A stretch of DNA of 50,779 bases from an uncultured Candidatus Saccharibacteria bacterium (GTDB taxonomy: Bacteria > Patescibacteriota > Kazan-3B-28 > UBA10110), in contig CAYRIH010000001.1 of assembly GCA_964424375.1 (NCBI GenBank), positions 19,577 through 70,355 of the forward strand, given 5' to 3'. Below, in pieces: positions 28,023 through 36,414 of the stretch. Below the pieces are notes generated by a model. The model saw only the letters and a program-made list of their open reading frames with translations. It made no database searches and was not told where the DNA came from. The position numbers and the translations under genes were made by a program. Position 1 is the stretch's first letter. Every line of letters starts with the position of its first letter.

Positions 28023-31000
28023 AGTTTTTTATTCTCTATAGCTATAATGATTTCCTTTTTATGATCTTTCTGCCGATTCTTTTCTTTAATTAAATAATCT
28101 TCGCCCAACTCATTTCTTAATTCCAAAATGTCTTTAATTAAATTCTCTTTAAAGTTACCAATCCGGCGCAAAGTATAATCTGCCAAAGTACCATAACTTA
28201 AAATATCTTCTTTTAGAGTGCGGAGGAAGCCTTTGCTTGGCATTAACTCTTCTTTAGTATTTTTAATTAGAAAGTCAAGGTTATTTAATGCTTTCATTTC
28301 CAGGCTCTGCTCGCTATTTGGACCCAAGCGATAATCTTTAAATTCTTGTATTGCATGGTAGGCTTCCCAGAACTGCCCCGTATTCCAATTAAGTGATTTT
28401 TCATCGGATGAACAAACAATTTTATCAAACACATCCTCAAATGTAGTCTGATATGGCTCGATCTTTTCTGCATCTGTCTTAACCCCACTTATATACAAAC
28501 GCCCTTTTTTGAAAAATACCAGAAGTTCGTTATTACGATATTTTTTAGCAACTTTAATGCGAGGTGGATAATTTTCAAGGCTTTCGATTAATTCGGGGTT
28601 CCTTTTTTTAATCTTCAAAAATTCTTTAAGGGCCTTAGTATAAAAACTTTCTTTTTCTTTTTCGTCTGGATTTTGCTGCACACGATTAAATAAACCAGCT
28701 GGAGTTGGCTCTTCGTCTATGTCAAAAATCTTTGAATCTTCACCAAGCGCGGTATGGATAAGAAACATTTTATTGGCAGCAATTTCGCGAGATTGCACCA
28801 GTTGAGCACCTTGTTCGGTTGGGAAAAAATTCACTATATAAAGCTTGTTAAAAACTTTTTTACTAATACGGTTGATGCGCCCAAGTCGCTGAATAACACG
28901 CACTGGATTCCAAGGAATGTCATAGTTGATAACCATGCCAGCTCTATTTAGATTAAAGCCTTCAGAAATCTTGTCTGAAGAAAGGAGGAGCATAAAATCA
29001 TTATTTTGATCTTTGTAAGAAGCATCAAAATTTTTGTTTATTTGATCAATTTTTGAACCTGATAAATTACCAGCAACAACCAACATTTTATCGCCATAAT
29101 GTTTTTCTAGTGCCTTTTCCAAATAGTGTACAGTATCAACATATTCGGTAAAGATAATAATTTTACGCTTGGGTTCACCATTGTTTGGCTTTTTAGCATA
29201 TTCTTTTTTGAGATGCTCAATCAGACAAATGGTCTTGGGATCATTTTTTACTAGATCTAATTTTGAAAGCTTAGCCAAAATTTCATCAAATAATTCAAGA
29301 TCGGATTGAATATCGGCAATAAACTGGTCTTTGAGTGTAAATGAATCTAATTTGTAACGTTTATGGTTTTTGGGATATTCTCCTTTATTTATCTTTTCTT
29401 CATATTCAAGCAGATATTTTTCAATTTCGTCAGCATCTAGTTCGTAAATTTTTTCCAAAAGAGCACGATCTAATATATACTCGCCGGTTTTATTGATAAA
29501 CTTCTGGCTATTTTCAGTTATTTTTTTGAAATTCTTAATACTTTGCTCAAATGATCCAAAGGAGCTTTCAAAACGCTTAACTAACAAGCGACGCATAAAA
29601 TCAAATAAGTTGCGCTGTTGTACAAATTGAAAATTCTCTTTTTCGGTTAATTTTTCTTCGCTGATTTTTTTTGCACCAACTTCGTACTCAAACGGACGAT
29701 AAATTGCACCTTGAAAACGGCTACCCTCGTCAGGATCACCAAAATAGTTTTCAAGTATTTCTGTATAGAAATCGGATTGCTCTTTGCTTAATTCAAAAAA
29801 CCATTCTTGAGGATTAGCTACTTCTGAGAGTTCTTTCACTTCATTCTTATAATCAGGATTATTTTGCAGATCTAAGCGATTACGTCGGATGGTCACTGGT
29901 TCAATTACATTTCTGATTTGTTTAGCAAGATAACGCGCTCTTTGCGCTACTTTTTTAAGATCAATTTTGTCTTCTTCAAATAACGCTTTGTAGTAATTTT
30001 GAGCTTTATTTTTTTTCATACCATCAGGTGAATTCCTATATTTCTTAATATAGCCAAGCCGATCAAAAACACCTTTAAACCCTTTGAATTGATCGACAAG
30101 ATTGCTTTCTAAGGTAATGGAAGATTTTTTGGGGGTAATAAACAACTTAAGAAGCGAAAGAATGTCGCCGGGACGATTATTAAACGGGGTAGCTGTTAGC
30201 AAAACAACTTGTTTATCTCGACAGATGTTTTTTAGAAGTTCGTAGTCCTTTGTGTCTTGATTTCTAAACCAATGAACCTCATCAATTATTACTATTTCAA
30301 TATCCTGAGTTTTTGCAATGAAATCATTCAGTTTGTCTAAATCACCACGTGACCACACCTCCCAATCATAAAGACCGAACTGTTCTTTGTACTTGTTCCA
30401 ACCAGAGTCTTTTTTCCTTGGGTCCCCCTTTATTCCAGGTGGGCAAATGATTACACCGCGTTTTTTAAGTTGTTTTGCTACAGCGCAAGCGATAATAGTT
30501 TTCCCCAAACCTACAACATCAGCAATTATAACTCCTTTATCTTTTTCCATTATGGTGAGTGCTTGCCCTACGGCATCGAGTTGATACCGGTACGGCGTAT
30601 AACCGTTTTCTTCTAAAGTTTTTATCAAAGAATCACTAATTTCCCCTTGCTTAAATGAATCTAGGTAAGTTTTTAATACCAAACAAAAAGCTTCAAATGG
30701 CGAGATATCTTTAATAAGTGTTTCTTTTTCAATTACTTCGACAAGTTTCTTTTTAGTGTCATCATATTCGGTGATTTTTACGGCTTCGTCCCAAAGATCA
30801 TCAAAATATTTTTCTGCATCATCAAATCCATAATCTCCAATCTCCACGTTAAATTCGTTCTGAGTGCAAAGACCAGCTTTTGTCAGATTGCTACTACCAG
30901 TTATGAATAAATTTTTTCTACCTACTTGGCTTTGCTCTAACTTAAAAAGGTATAGTTTGGCGTGATTAGGTTCATAGGTTTTGCGAATGATTAGTTTATC

Positions 31001-31354
31001 TTTTTGAATCAACTTAATGAAAAATTTCACTTGCTCATAAAACTCTTTAGTATCAAAATTTTCTGTATTTAGAGATTTCTTTACAGATTCAATAAATTTA
31101 TAAGTTTTTTCCTCGTCTGATAGTTGTTCGTTCTCGGAAAATTCAATCAACCCAAAATTAGAACGATCAATATTTAACCCCACCAAAACTTTAGTGATAA
31201 TTTTTGGGTTTGATTTTAATCCTTTATAAAGCTCTTTGATTCCAGAAAAATAAAAAAATCCGACAAGAAATTTTAATTCTTCGCTTTTTTTAATAAGTTC
31301 AAGCAAGCGCTCTTTTAAATCACCTGTCTCGTTGTTTGTTATAAAATTAGGCAT
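28019..31354 (-). CDS. SNF2/SF2 helicase with N-terminal phospholipase-D (HKD) nuclease domain
   Basis: The HKD-like motif is NHAKLYLF...ITGSSNLTKAGL. Helicase motif I is VVGLGKTI, motif II is IIDEVHWFRN, and motif III is LLTATPFNN. Motifs V and VI are SEGFNLNRAGMVINYD and QRLGRINR. Confidence 0.85.
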   Translation of the reverse strand: MPNFITNNETGDLKERLLELIKKSEELKFLVGFFYFSGIKELYKGLKSNPKIITKVLVGLNIDRSNFGLIEFSENEQLSDEEKTYKFIESVKKSLNTENFDTKEFYEQVKFFIKLIQKDKLIIRKTYEPNHAKLYLFKLEQSQVGRKNLFITGSSNLTKAGLCTQNEFNVEIGDYGFDDAEKYFDDLWDEAVKITEYDDTKKKLVEVIEKETLIKDISPFEAFCLVLKTYLDSFKQGEISDSLIKTLEENGYTPYRYQLDAVGQALTIMEKDKGVIIADVVGLGKTIIACAVAKQLKKRGVIICPPGIKGDPRKKDSGWNKYKEQFGLYDWEVWSRGDLDKLNDFIAKTQDIEIVIIDEVHWFRNQDTKDYELLKNICRDKQVVLLTATPFNNRPGDILSLLKLFITPKKSSITLESNLVDQFKGFKGVFDRLGYIKKYRNSPDGMKKNKAQNYYKALFEEDKIDLKKVAQRARYLAKQIRNVIEPVTIRRNRLDLQNNPDYKNEVKELSEVANPQEWFFELSKEQSDFYTEILENYFGDPDEGSRFQGAIYRPFEYEVGAKKISEEKLTEKENFQFVQQRNLFDFMRRLLVKRFESSFGSFEQSIKNFKKITENSQKFINKTGEYILDRALLEKIYELDADEIEKYLLEYEEKINKGEYPKNHKRYKLDSFTLKDQFIADIQSDLELFDEILAKLSKLDLVKNDPKTICLIEHLKKEYAKKPNNGEPKRKIIIFTEYVDTVHYLEKALEKHYGDKMLVVAGNLSGSKIDQINKNFDASYKDQNNDFMLLLSSDKISEGFNLNRAGMVINYDIPWNPVRVIQRLGRINRISKKVFNKLYIVNFFPTEQGAQLVQSREIAANKMFLIHTALGEDSKIFDIDEEPTPAGLFNRVQQNPDEKEKESFYTKALKEFLKIKKRNPELIESLENYPPRIKVAKKYRNNELLVFFKKGRLYISGVKTDAEKIEPYQTTFEDVFDKIVCSSDEKSLNWNTGQFWEAYHAIQEFKDYRLGPNSEQSLEMKALNNLDFLIKNTKEELMPSKGFLRTLKEDILSYGTLADYTLRRIGNFKENLIKDILELRNELGEDYLIKEKNRQKDHKKEIIIAIENKKL

Positions 31355-31386
31355 ATTTTAGTTATTAAATAACTAATAATACCCTG

Positions 31387-31457
31387 ATTATACCCTATTC
31401 GGATATTCAGGGCTCTGAAAAAGCATTATTTCTAAACGGCTCACCCATGAGCCGTTT
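31387..31457. repeat. degenerate copy of the island intergenic module (GGGTATAAT box plus AAACGGCTCA..TGAGCCGTTT hairpin)
   Basis: Reads attataccc ... ttcagggctctgaaaaagcattatttctaaacggctcacccatgagccgttt. Confidence 0.5.
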
Positions 31458-31639
31458 AAATTTTTGTCCTAACAAGCTTTCTTGTGAAAAGAAGCTGTTG
31501 AACAAAACCAAACAACGACCACACATCGCTGTCTGACATTTCTTCTATATGTTTCTGTATATCCGAGCTAAGATTCATGGCCGCATTATAGCAGCCCGAT
31601 AGTTATTCAAACAAAAAAGACACTCCGACATCTAGGGCG

Positions 31640-33535
31640 TTACACTAAAGACACATATCTTTTCAGCTCATTTATGTTGTTTGGTTTAGATTGCGCAGTA
31701 TAATCTAACTTTTTACAAACATCCATAATCTTTACAATAAATCTATCAAACTCCACCGTAGTCATCGAGATGTTCCCATCTGCATCTTTAATGCTTGTTT
31801 GCCATACAGAGCCGATATCAAGTGGCGGCTGAGGTCTGTGGCCACTAACATTAAAGATTTTATGATCTTGTTTTGTAATCCAACCAGCTCCAACTTCTGC
31901 TACAGCCCCCCATGAAGTAGCCATCTCATTACTGGTGATATAAAGTACTAATATTTTTTTATCAGAATAACTATCGACAAAAAAATCTCTTAAATAATCA
32001 AAAACACCCGTGACGGCTTCAGGAATTCGTGCTCCCTCATTATCACAATTAGTATAAATAATGTCTTCGTCTAAAAAACCATTAAACGAAAGCATCTTAT
32101 AAACAATGTCTGCCAACGGTTTATCCGCTAAAGTGTGACTGATAAGTATTTGTTTTTTCTGTGCGTCCACTTTTGTCTTCAAGCCAAGAAGAGGAAGTGC
32201 GGCATTCATTTCACTTTTGACAATTTTCTCAATATTTTCAATTTTTTTCTGTCCAATCAATTTTACAATTTTTCCAGCTGCAATTTGAGAAGCGACATTT
32301 CTATATTTATCCACTCTCTTTCTCAATTCCTCTTCATCATGTTTTTGACGTTCTTGTTTTCCCTCATCCCGAATCTTCTTAAGGTGATCAGCATAAATCT
32401 CTCGCATAGCCACAATACGTGGGAGTAAACTATTCCTAACGTGTCCAACAACAAATTGATACCTTGGATCTTCAGTCTTATAACCCTGCCGGTTACTTAA
32501 AGCCATATCAGGTAGTTCTGTTTCTTCAAAAAGATCAACATGGAGCTGACCCACTATATAAACCTCTGGAAGTCTATTTTTACCCACAAGAGGGATAATA
32601 TTATATTCACCAAGCTTGCCATTAGAAAGCAATGAAATAAAGTTATCCGGGAAATCGCCAGGATTTTTCTTTCTATCCCGAGTTGTTCTGTAAGCGCCTA
32701 TCCAACCTTTAATCTCCAAATTATATGGTTTTTCTTCTCCCTGTTTGTTTTTAAGAATTAATGAGGTAGTAATGGGCATCTCTGTCTTCAAAAGTTTCTC
32801 CTCGATATTTCCTTTTTTTGGTAATAGAGAATCAAAATGAACAGCAAGATGTTTATAATCCTCCCCTAAAGTTATTAAAGCACCTAGTCCTTGAACCATT
32901 TCTTTGTCAAATGAATCCACCGTGATCTCCGCGGCATCGGTGATGATATGAATTTTAAACTTTTCGTTTACGAGAGGAAAAATTTTTAAAAGATTTTTCT
33001 TAATTGCAGCAACAGTCTTATGCATTCCATATTGGGGATTTGTCATTACTATTGAGGTGCCTTTAGCAGAAACTCGTTCAAATTTTATAGCTTCGTCACT
33101 TAAAGGTTTTAATTGATGGTCTTTCCCAACATGACGAGATAAAACAAATCCAGATTTTTCTCCATTCTTTACAGTTATCACCAAAACATTCTCTGAAACT
33201 GCAAGAGCGGCTAGTTTGCCTATTCCCTTTCTACCAATTTTTCTACGACGCCCGTCTTCGGTGTAAGAGTCTTTTTCTGTAATACGAGTTTCAACCGCAA
33301 CATTTAAATATTTTTTTATATCCCCTGTTTGATATGACATTCCAGATCCATCATCTTCAACAATTATTTTATTCTTTTTCTGAATTATATAAACATTGGA
33401 CGCATTGGCATCATATGAGTTAGCTATAAGTTCTGCCAAAACAAAATAAATGTTTGTATACAAACTTGGTCCTAATAATTCTAAAATTCTTGGATTAATG
33501 TTGATTTTGTATTCGCGATCACTCGGTTTATTCAT
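31640..33535 (-). CDS. GHKL (HATPase_c_3/MORC-like) ATPase fused to a C-terminal TIR-like domain
   Basis: The N box is ELIANSYDA, the G1 box is EDDGSGMS and the G2 box is GRKGIGKLA. The last ~170 aa read ILISHTLADKPLADIVYKMLSFNGF...ILVLYITSNEMATSWGAVAEVGAGW, a TIR/DUF1863-like pattern. The start is set at the ATG that overlaps the dcm stop (ATGA at 33532-33535); the track ORF starts at 33619. Confidence 0.7.
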   Translation of the reverse strand: MNKPSDREYKININPRILELLGPSLYTNIYFVLAELIANSYDANASNVYIIQKKNKIIVEDDGSGMSYQTGDIKKYLNVAVETRITEKDSYTEDGRRRKIGRKGIGKLAALAVSENVLVITVKNGEKSGFVLSRHVGKDHQLKPLSDEAIKFERVSAKGTSIVMTNPQYGMHKTVAAIKKNLLKIFPLVNEKFKIHIITDAAEITVDSFDKEMVQGLGALITLGEDYKHLAVHFDSLLPKKGNIEEKLLKTEMPITTSLILKNKQGEEKPYNLEIKGWIGAYRTTRDRKKNPGDFPDNFISLLSNGKLGEYNIIPLVGKNRLPEVYIVGQLHVDLFEETELPDMALSNRQGYKTEDPRYQFVVGHVRNSLLPRIVAMREIYADHLKKIRDEGKQERQKHDEEELRKRVDKYRNVASQIAAGKIVKLIGQKKIENIEKIVKSEMNAALPLLGLKTKVDAQKKQILISHTLADKPLADIVYKMLSFNGFLDEDIIYTNCDNEGARIPEAVTGVFDYLRDFFVDSYSDKKILVLYITSNEMATSWGAVAEVGAGWITKQDHKIFNVSGHRPQPPLDIGSVWQTSIKDADGNISMTTVEFDRFIVKIMDVCKKLDYTAQSKPNNINELKRYVSLV

Positions 33536-34572
33536 AGGACGTTCATTACATGTTCTATAATAGTTTTCCCAATAACTTGACCTAATACAGGTGGCACCGC
33601 ATTCCCTATATGCCGACAAAGTTGTGTCATTGGCAAATCTCCAAATTCGTATGAAATCGGGAATGTCTGTAATAATGCGCCCTCTCTCAACGAGATTGCA
33701 CGATCTTGCTCGGGATGTCCAAATCGTCCAGAACCATAACTAGCAAACTGTGTCGTAATTGTAGGTGATACATTATCCCAACTCATACGCCCATATACAG
33801 AAGTATATGTTTGTCCACTATCTTTTTGATAACATGCAGGCAATATTTTTTTGGCCCAATCTTTCCATGATCCACCTGGTTTTGATTGCTTAATACGTTT
33901 TAAATTGATTGGAATCAAACTTTTTGCTTGATGCATTTTGTCTTCTTCATGCCTCTGCCCAGCTTTTAGACTTGGAAGTAGTTTTATGGTATCGCCTACC
34001 GTTACATAATTCTCTTTTGAGTGTGTTGTTTCTGGGACTTTAATATTCCCAAGTTTTGAAGCAAGTAAGATGAGTCTACTTCTGTTCTGTGGCACTCCAT
34101 AATCTGGAGCATAAACAACATCAAAATCAACTTTATATTTCATCTTTTTCAGTTGTGTCACAAAGTTCTTAAAAACATTAGTTTTAATTACTCCTCGAAC
34201 ATTCTCCATTGAAACCACTTCTGGTTTGATAATCTGAATTGCACGCACAAAATGATCTAGGAGGTTCCATCTCTCATCTTTTTCGTTATTGTGCAGTTTA
34301 TGTGTATGTGCCGAAAATGGTTGACACGGAGCACAACCGACAAGAACTTTAACGCCTGATTTCGAATATATATTTTTTAACTCCCTAAAATCATATGTTG
34401 AAACATCTGTCAGTATAAACTTGGCATTATTGTTTTTTTCATATGTGACAGCACATGATTTATCATTATCAAGACCAGCTAGAACATGAATACCCGCTTT
34501 TCTAAGCCCATAAGTCAGCCCACCAATTCCACTAAATAAGTCAATTGCCTCAATTTTTAATTTTTTTTTCAT
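33532..34572 (-). CDS. dcm: DNA (cytosine-5)-methyltransferase
   Basis: Motif I is DLFSGIGG, motif IV is GCAPCQPFS, motif VI is ENVRG, motif VIII is QNRSRL and motif X is GNAVPP. Confidence 0.93.
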   Translation of the reverse strand: MKKKLKIEAIDLFSGIGGLTYGLRKAGIHVLAGLDNDKSCAVTYEKNNNAKFILTDVSTYDFRELKNIYSKSGVKVLVGCAPCQPFSAHTHKLHNNEKDERWNLLDHFVRAIQIIKPEVVSMENVRGVIKTNVFKNFVTQLKKMKYKVDFDVVYAPDYGVPQNRSRLILLASKLGNIKVPETTHSKENYVTVGDTIKLLPSLKAGQRHEEDKMHQAKSLIPINLKRIKQSKPGGSWKDWAKKILPACYQKDSGQTYTSVYGRMSWDNVSPTITTQFASYGSGRFGHPEQDRAISLREGALLQTFPISYEFGDLPMTQLCRHIGNAVPPVLGQVIGKTIIEHVMNVL

Positions 34573-34681
34573 AAATCTATTTTACACAAACATCTCCTGC
34601 ATTATACCTTTTTTCCATTGCTTGGCTTGGGTGATTTGTTGTTGTTTTGATTTTATTAAATCATCGGGCAATAATACCTCA

Positions 34682-34758
34682 ATTATACCCTAAATTAAAA
34701 ACTAACTTTCAGAGCTATTTTTATCCTGTTTATTCAACGGCTCATCCATGAGCCGTTG
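34682..34758. repeat. island intergenic module, copy E1
   Basis: Reads attataccctaaattaaaaactaactttcagagctatttttatcctgtttattcaacggctcatccatgagccgttg. Confidence 0.85.
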
Positions 34759-34868
34759 AAACTTTTATCTTAATTTATACAAAAATCAAAAGTAAGCTGT
34801 AAAAACGCGGTCGTGTTTTTATAACTCATCCTAGAACTGTCTTTATCTTATTTATTGTTATCTATCTA

Positions 34869-35324
34869 CTATTTACACTGAAAATTATTGGTTATATAAA
34901 CAGCTACATATTGCTTCAATTCATCGAAAGAAGCACTCTTGTTCCTTGTTTTGTCGCTGACATAATATGCAATATCTTTTAACTTGAAACCCTCACTGGG
35001 AACCACATACTCATAACCATTTAGCTCCATAAAATATGCTAAAACCATAAAAGCCAGCCTTTTGTTGCCATTACTAAAAAGATGTCTTTCAATAATTGTC
35101 GTGAATAAATAAGCAGCTTTATCGAAAATAGTTGGATAATATTCATCATTTTTAATGAAATCTAAAAATGGGGTCATATTACCCTTATCCTCCTTGCGAT
35201 AATCAGGAAGAGGTTCATTATCAGAATCTACATCCAAGGTGACCTCTACCAATCTAAAAATAATGAAATGAACATCCTTCTCGGAAATATATTTAATTTC
35301 TTGAGAGTTCAGAAAGCTCGTCAT
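34869..35324 (-). CDS. doc: Doc (death-on-curing) family Fic-fold toxin
   Basis: Doc signature HLFSNGNKRLAF (HxFx[DN]GNKR). Confidence 0.85.
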   Translation of the reverse strand: MTSFLNSQEIKYISEKDVHFIIFRLVEVTLDVDSDNEPLPDYRKEDKGNMTPFLDFIKNDEYYPTIFDKAAYLFTTIIERHLFSNGNKRLAFMVLAYFMELNGYEYVVPSEGFKLKDIAYYVSDKTRNKSASFDELKQYVAVYITNNFQCK

Positions 35325-35490
35325 TATACCGACTATATGTTTTATCTACAAATTTACTAACAGCTCTGCTCTTTTGAGGATTATTTTTTACGGATTTCAC
35401 AACATCTCTAGATACATAATGATACGCATCAGTTTTTTTTCTGCGTGAATTAAAATTAAACAAGTTTCCTATAATCTTTCGAATGCTCAT
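35293..35490 (-). CDS. small basic protein, putative cognate antitoxin of Doc
   Basis: 65 aa, immediately upstream of doc and overlapping it by 32 nt. No recognisable Phd/YefM motif. Confidence 0.4.
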   Translation of the reverse strand: MSIRKIIGNLFNFNSRRKKTDAYHYVSRDVVKSVKNNPQKSRAVSKFVDKTYSRYNDELSELSRN

Positions 35491-35614
35491 ATCTAAATAA
35501 TATCATATTTACATTAAAAAACAATATAAACCCACACAACATTACCTATTCCCAGAGCCACTTTATCTATAAATAAGCTGTAAAACTTTATATTAAAACT
35601 TTTTTCATATTTAA

Positions 35615-35698
35615 ATTATACCCTAAATCCCTGGCCACAAACGTCCTACGGGCAGGCAAAAACTAACTTTCAGAGCTATTTTTATCCTATTTCTTCAA
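35615..35698. repeat. island intergenic module, copy E2 (carries a 29-nt GC-rich insertion; core overlaps the stop of the peptidase gene)
   Basis: Reads attataccctaaat[ccctggccacaaacgtcctacgggcaggc]aaaaactaactttcagagctatttttatcctatttcttcaa. Confidence 0.85.
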
Positions 35699-36311
35699 CA
35701 TCCAGAAACTTTATACAATCATTTTCTATCCAAACTGCTTGAGTGTCTTTTATGAAGAAAAGTGGCTCTAAATCTTTAGGCATATGTTCGACAACTTTTT
35801 TATTTTCCTCTACAAAATCAGCATTATCACAATGTGGCATAATACCAAAATTAATAATTCCCAACCCAGCATGATTAGATATCTTTTCTATATGGTCAGC
35901 TTCCTCTTCATCATATGAAAATGGTTTTATGCTTTTAGAAACAATAATCGACCCAGCGCTTGTACCTGTGTAGATAATAGATTCTGCCTGTATTGCTTCT
36001 TTGATAACTTCATCAAAACCACCTGTTTTAAGCAACGACATTAGATAATAAACACTACCACCACACACATGTAAAATATCATTCTCTGAAATTAGTTTTT
36101 TGAGTTCATTAGAATCAATCTTGCGTAAATCAATTTCAGTGAGCTGATATCCTTGTTTCCTAAAAGCATTTCTATCCCAATCTACAAAATGCTTATCATC
36201 ATGCGAATCTGCCGCATTAGTTATAAATAGAACTCTTTTACCTACATTTGGCAAAAGAGCCTTAAGCAAAGGAAGTGTATTATTTATAGCTGATGCAAGA
36301 AAAAGTTTCAT
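35682..36311 (-). CDS. peptidase E-like (S51 family) protein
   Basis: GTSAGSII nucleophile elbow, LHVCGGSVYYLM and GIMPHCD motifs. TATAAT ends 6 nt before the ATG, so the mRNA is probably leaderless. Confidence 0.7.
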   Translation of the reverse strand: MKLFLASAINNTLPLLKALLPNVGKRVLFITNAADSHDDKHFVDWDRNAFRKQGYQLTEIDLRKIDSNELKKLISENDILHVCGGSVYYLMSLLKTGGFDEVIKEAIQAESIIYTGTSAGSIIVSKSIKPFSYDEEEADHIEKISNHAGLGIINFGIMPHCDNADFVEENKKVVEHMPKDLEPLFFIKDTQAVWIENDCIKFLDVEEIG

Positions 36312-36317
36312 AAATCA

Positions 36318-36392
36318 ATTATACCCTAAATTAAAAACTAACTTTCAGAGCTATTTTTATCCTATTTATTCAATGGCTCACATGAGCTGTTG
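36318..36392. repeat. island intergenic module, copy E3
   Basis: Reads attataccctaaattaaaaactaactttcagagctatttttatcctatttattcaatggctcacatgagctgttg. Confidence 0.85.
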
Positions 36393-36414
36393 AAGAATAA
36401 GGTATAATTTAGGT

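Noticed and set aside
24687-31354. Calling the helicase/methylase pair DISARM class 1 or BREX.
   Set aside because: No DrmA or DrmB (DUF1998) genes are present, and there is no separate DrmC. PglZ, BrxC and BrxL are absent, so only the general theme matches.
31456-31578. A 40-aa minus-strand ORF (MNLSSDIQKHIEEMSDSDVWSLFGFVQQLLFTRKLVRTKI) directly after a TGCTATAAT box.
   Set aside because: It has no Shine-Dalgarno and no recognisable motif, and it ends in the repeat-module hairpin. It could be a leaderless micro-protein, but the evidence is too thin to list as a feature.
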